From the NCBI GenBank assembly GCA_036507075.1, contig DASXQR010000072.1, forward strand, positions 1 to 37,598: 37,598 nucleotides of DNA. Direction: 5' to 3'. A model generated the notes under the pieces. It was not told the DNA's origin and made no database searches. It was given only the letters and a program-made list of their open reading frames with translations. Each line of letters begins with the position of its first letter. The first letter of the stretch is position 1. The translations under genes and the position numbers were made by a program. Below are positions 34,501-37,598 of this stretch, in pieces. The DNA is from Acidobacteriota bacterium (GTDB taxonomy: Bacteria; Acidobacteriota; UBA6911; JACQSX01).

Positions 34501-36108
34501 GGCTTTACACTCAGCGGCACGGTCACCGATTCTCGCGGACGGCCCATCTTTGACGCCGGCGTAGTGATCGTCGATGCCAACTTGAACGCGGCGCTGGTTT
34601 ACACACGGCGCGATGGCAGCTTCCTGAGGCGTGGTCTGCCCGGCGGTCTTTACGGCGTGGGCGTGTTCTACTCTGCTTTGACTTTCCAGCCCGATGTGGC
34701 CATCGTGACGATCAATGCGAATCAGAACCTTAACTTTGCCGCCACGTCGCGCGTGTGGAAGGTAACCGGCAGGATTACGCCGCGCGACGGAGTCAACCCC
34801 GGGCGCGTTCTGATGGAGGTTTACGATACGGAGGCGGATGAAGAGTATTACGAGTACACCGATGCCAACGGGAATTATGAGTTTTCCGCTGTTCCTGAAA
34901 GCACCAATCCGCAGCGCTACGAGCTCTGGGCTTTCCAGGACGGTTTTGAATTCAAGATTCCGTCCAATTCTACGGCCACGCACTATGTTCTGTTAATGAC
35001 AGGAGACCTTGTCCCAAGCCAGATACCTTTCGAGTCGGTATTTGTGGGCTACGACATTTTCGGAGAGGTTTTTGGATTTGACGACAAGCCAATATCGGGC
35101 GTCACCATTCAGTTCGGAGCCCGCTCGGTGGTCAGCGATTCTCTGGGCAAGTTTACCATCACGCAACTGAGGAGCAATGCGCGCGTGACGGCGTCAAGGC
35201 CGGGCTTTACATTCTATCCGGCCTACATCGATCTGGATTTGAAGCGCCTGCCGGAAAAGATATTTTTCGCAGCAGAAGCGACAAGTTCCGTGCCTTCGGT
35301 TCCTTCCATTCAATCGATGGGCCCATCCGTCTCTCCGGGAACTCCGGTGACCATAACCGGGACCAACTTCACCAGCGACACGACCCGATTGCAGGTGCGT
35401 TTCGGTCCTTTCAATGCCAGGGTGATTTCCGCCAGCACCACGCAGATTCGAACCTGGGTTCCGGTAGAAAGTTCGGCAGGGGCCACCGATGTAGTGGTCG
35501 CAGTGTCGGGCATCTCGAGCGCACCCTTTCGCTACACTGTTTTGCGGCCTGCGCCCTTTATAACCTCAGTCACGCCTCCTGCAGCTTCCGGGGGCCAGAC
35601 AGTGGAATTCATCATTCGCGGCACCAACCTGAGTGGCGCGAACCCGGGGGTTGGAATTGTGCCGGATACGGGATTGAAATTTATCAACGGGGCAACAGTC
35701 AACGATACCGAGCTGCATGTGGTTTATACGGTGGAGGGGCTTGTTTCCAGCACGCGGGTGTTGTTTGTTTCCTTTGACAACATCACCAGCAATGATTTTC
35801 TGCTGGCCATCAATCCGAGCGGCAGCACGAACTTGAGTCTGACTTCGGTACAGCCTGCCACCGTGAGTCCGGGCACGCGCGTCACTTTCGATCTCAGGGG
35901 AACAGGGTTTCTTTCCGCGGGGAGCGCCGGACTGTTTCTGGACAGCGAGACGGCCGGCGTCACTCTGGTGACGGGAAACATCAGCTCGGATACTTCAGCC
36001 GTGGCCACCTATGACATTGCGCCGGATGCTCTGCTGGGCCCGCGCAATCTACAGCTCGTGGTAGGTTCACGCGTCAGCGGCGCCGTCCGCTTTATGGTAG
36101 CGCCGTGA
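31537..36108 (+). CDS. 1523-aa secreted multidomain surface protein (beta-sandwich repeats, Ig-like domain, beta-propeller, carboxypeptidase-regulatory-like repeats, IPT/TIG domains)
   Basis: Signal peptide; TWSVNG..G.IDSQGVYTAP Ig motif; propeller-like LLVAD/IYTAD blades; GTYTLTPS..YSF.P repeats; PGTPVTITGTNF and PFITSVTP IPT motifs. Confidence 0.8.
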   Translation: MLRKLALLLACIFSAAVPCLGTSELIFPRVAFDGGRFTGFAVANPGKVRARLTLTAYGENGRLLQGAGVTNPLPIDIEPGKQFAQLDSEMFHGYASNPGFKGWVYAQSEADGLTGFFIMGDGKLSMLDGADLPNKALDLYYNLLLDSARYQYEISLVNPNDGTAGITLSLVNSSGTALQTRQISIAGKGCLQATLESLFAAPDIAQSATLKVKSNVPVAGFEFVFARDSSTLTGLVAQPEGRKLSSLHFPQLAVLGDWATQVGVFNVTDEIILISVSAYKADGTLFAAPDIGGNNPFRIAIAPRGAFTQDVQRLFNFRGDSTRVGWLKVETTKQSIHGFVAYGTRSNPTLAAVVAQSDPQGSTNAVFSHQANNETFYTGLAILNAGSLAANIEITSVKSTGEVLGSVKKVLGPLERIADLLSSPQLIPASGGAQGGLVVVRSDTPVFTSELFGTWNGSTLANVPAQQGPADFKPDQGSPRFVVEPPLAPLELRTRQTFRARFLTGTPTGGLTWSVNGINNGDSTVGIIDSQGVYTAPATLPAQSRVTIRATTSDGKQVAGATVDLVQKSAFGVNVNFLRAQTYLNGLKKLYVTELSGLSAKQSISRPLQAGSVNTVISEISENGQKKAVHTFVKSNALAVLPYTDSKETDYLLLSTYDSGAALTDNTGRIIRFNPANGQSSTVASELRQPVAMTLDEASGELLVADQGSNSVVAIAQSQLDPNIKTKVGRSIRLTPRFLFSTNKPGGIAINACDGSIYTADTAGGVIRRYDRKTNAFTTVVTGLQQPSKLLALYGTGVDCPEAFFLLVAEEPTNGQNGKLTVVEPARRDENEQVLVESFFKGLDHIPDISFISDNNPYLPKRQAAILFGEEFLNANDQIFYIGGSGDDYEQEEPNQEDKSFDTFTVTGYVVQDGDGLNGITVRLTTAAGQTVSTTTDIFGFYGFEEVPIGTYTLTPSALNYSFIPASQSVKVIDDDVELADFEANPLGGFTLSGTVTDSRGRPIFDAGVVIVDANLNAALVYTRRDGSFLRRGLPGGLYGVGVFYSALTFQPDVAIVTINANQNLNFAATSRVWKVTGRITPRDGVNPGRVLMEVYDTEADEEYYEYTDANGNYEFSAVPESTNPQRYELWAFQDGFEFKIPSNSTATHYVLLMTGDLVPSQIPFESVFVGYDIFGEVFGFDDKPISGVTIQFGARSVVSDSLGKFTITQLRSNARVTASRPGFTFYPAYIDLDLKRLPEKIFFAAEATSSVPSVPSIQSMGPSVSPGTPVTITGTNFTSDTTRLQVRFGPFNARVISASTTQIRTWVPVESSAGATDVVVAVSGISSAPFRYTVLRPAPFITSVTPPAASGGQTVEFIIRGTNLSGANPGVGIVPDTGLKFINGATVNDTELHVVYTVEGLVSSTRVLFVSFDNITSNDFLLAINPSGSTNLSLTSVQPATVSPGTRVTFDLRGTGFLSAGSAGLFLDSETAGVTLVTGNISSDTSAVATYDIAPDALLGPRNLQLVVGSRVSGAVRFMVAP

Positions 36109-36258
36109 TGGAGGGACTGAGGGATTGAGGGACTGAGGGACTGAGGGATGGAGGGACTGAGGGACGGAGGGATTGAGGGATTGAGGACTGAGAGATGGAG
36201 GAAGTGAAAAACGCAATACCTCTCCATCTCTCCACTCCATCCCTCCATCCCTCAATCC
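36107..36258. repeat. Inverted octamer arrays (GAGGGA[C/T][T/G]) between convergent genes
   Basis: About 11 GAGGGAYK units, then CTCCATCTCTCCACTCCATCCCTCCATCCCTCAATCCC. Confidence 0.9.
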
Positions 36259-36563
36259 CCGGTCCCCTTCCCACCGCGCGCCTCCGCAATCTTTCGCTCC
36301 ATGTCCCGTTCGAGACGGGCGCGTTCGCTTACGAAGTTCTGCTGGATTTTTTCCAATTCTTCAAACTTCTGGGATCGAATGGCGGCAGAAGTGTCTCCCT
36401 CCTTTTTGATTTCAAGTTCCGCGATTTTTGACTTGAAAAGGCTTCGAATCCCAGCGATTTCTTCTTTTTGCTCGTCGGAAAGTTGCTCGACGGGATCGTC
36501 GATCCCTCTTTCTTTCAATTTTTCCAGTGCGCGCTCATAAGCGCTCTTTAGCTCGTCGCCCAT
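36252..36563 (-). CDS. Hypothetical coiled-coil protein
   Basis: LKSAYERALEKL..LSDEQKEEIA.IRS.FKSKIAE; starts 3 nt after the ispH stop. Confidence 0.75.
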   Translation of the reverse strand: MGDELKSAYERALEKLKERGIDDPVEQLSDEQKEEIAGIRSLFKSKIAELEIKKEGDTSAAIRSQKFEELEKIQQNFVSERARLERDMERKIAEARGGKGTGD

Positions 36564-36566
36564 CGT

Positions 36567-37508
36567 CTACCCGCCCTGCACCGGAACACGCAATTCGGAC
36601 GGCAGTGGAAAGTGCACGTCCTCTTCTGTGACGGTGACCTCACGTACTGTTGAAAAACCATGGGACTTCAGGCACTCGATCACCTGTTCAACCAGCAGCT
36701 CCGGGGCGGAAGCTCCTGCCGTAACACCGGCGCGTCTTACTCCCTCGAGCCATTTGGGCCGGATACCCTGGTAGTCGTCGATAAGATAGGCGGACTTACC
36801 GCAGCTCTGTGCCACCTCGACGAGACGCAGAGAATTGGAGCTGTTTGCCGCACCCACGACCAGAACGAGATCGGATGCCTGAGCTACCGCTTTCACCGCG
36901 GCCTGACGGTTCTGAGTCGCATAGCAGATATCTTCGGCAGCGGGACCGGTGATTTGAGGAAATTTTATTTTGAGCGCGTTGATGATTTCCCGGGTGTCAT
37001 CCAGGCTAAGAGTGGTCTGCGTCAAATAAGCCACGCGGGTGGTTTTTAAGTCCAGATTTTGCGCCTCTTCAACACTGCTGACCAGGTGCATTCGATCCGG
37101 AGCCACACCCATTGTGCCTTCGACCTCTTCATGACCCTTATGGCCGATGAGCACGATGGAGTAATCTTCGCGCGAGTACTTTCCCGCCTCCAGATGCACT
37201 TTGGTGACCAGCGGGCAGGTGGCGTCGATGACATTCAATTTTCGGGTGACGGCGGCGGCGCGCACTTCCGGCGAGACGCCGTGGGCAGAGAAAATAACGC
37301 GAGCGCCTCCGGGAACTTCGTCCAGCGTATCGACAAAGATCACACCCTTGTCGCGCAATTCCTGAACCACGTGCTTGTTGTGGACAATCTCCTTGCGCAC
37401 GTAGAGCGGTCGTCCAAAGCGCTCGAGCGCCACATTGACAATATCGATGGCTCTCACCACTCCCGCGCAAAAACCTCTAGGACTGGCCAGGATGATCTCT
37501 CGTTCCAT
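36567..37508 (-). CDS. ispH: 4-hydroxy-3-methylbut-2-enyl diphosphate reductase
   Basis: PRGFCAGV, EIVHN, FSAHGV, DATCPLVTKVH, GHKGHEEV, TQTTLS, DICYATQNRQ, NSSNS, TAGASAPE. Confidence 0.97.
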   Translation of the reverse strand: MEREIILASPRGFCAGVVRAIDIVNVALERFGRPLYVRKEIVHNKHVVQELRDKGVIFVDTLDEVPGGARVIFSAHGVSPEVRAAAVTRKLNVIDATCPLVTKVHLEAGKYSREDYSIVLIGHKGHEEVEGTMGVAPDRMHLVSSVEEAQNLDLKTTRVAYLTQTTLSLDDTREIINALKIKFPQITGPAAEDICYATQNRQAAVKAVAQASDLVLVVGAANSSNSLRLVEVAQSCGKSAYLIDDYQGIRPKWLEGVRRAGVTAGASAPELLVEQVIECLKSHGFSTVREVTVTEEDVHFPLPSELRVPVQGG

Positions 37509-37538
37509 CGCTAGAAGAATAGCAGAAAGAGGCGGGGA

Positions 37539-37598
37539 GTGGGAGGGATGGAGGGATGGAGGGACGGAGGGACGGAGGGACGGAGGGACGGAGGGATG
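37539..37598. repeat. Octamer tandem array (GGAGGGA[C/T]), runs off the window end
   Basis: GGAGGGATGGAGGGATGGAGGGACGGAGGGAC...; same family as 36107-36258. Confidence 0.9.

Noticed and set aside
36107..36258. Possible CRISPR array (also considered for 16387-16566 and 12106-12214)
   Set aside because: Units are 7-15 bp with no unique spacers, and there are no cas genes
36009..36289. ORFs with PSIPQSL repeats
   Set aside because: Artefacts of the octamer array

Overview
Bacterial chromosomal segment, probably Acidobacteriota (inferred from the type of TonB receptor, the Ig/IPT-rich surface protein and the DUF4252/ECF cassette; not verified by search). 87-10799 is a coherent uronate-polysaccharide utilisation locus: DUF4962/heparinase II-III lyase, ExuT-like MFS transporter, a TonB-dependent receptor split by one frameshift near 5080, a DEH-reductase-like SDR, a LacI regulator with candidate palindromic operators, eda and kdgK. 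The rest holds two divergent YjbQ paralogues bracketing SIMPL and two GT-C membrane glycosyltransferases, a YncE/phosphoesterase fusion, a tandem LecA-like protein, pruA, VKOR, an ECF sigma/anti-sigma/DUF4252 cassette, an alpha/beta hydrolase, several small genes, an MBL hydrolase, a fatty acid desaturase, a 1523-aa surface protein and ispH. The most unusual feature is non-coding. About 25 foldback or short-tandem elements from several families occupy most of the longer intergenic gaps, often nested. One is a clear MITE with a TTAG target duplication, several sit exactly on stop codons, and two copies lie inside genes where they encode the hydrophobic cores of predicted signal peptides. No intact transposase, CRISPR array, tRNA or rRNA was seen.
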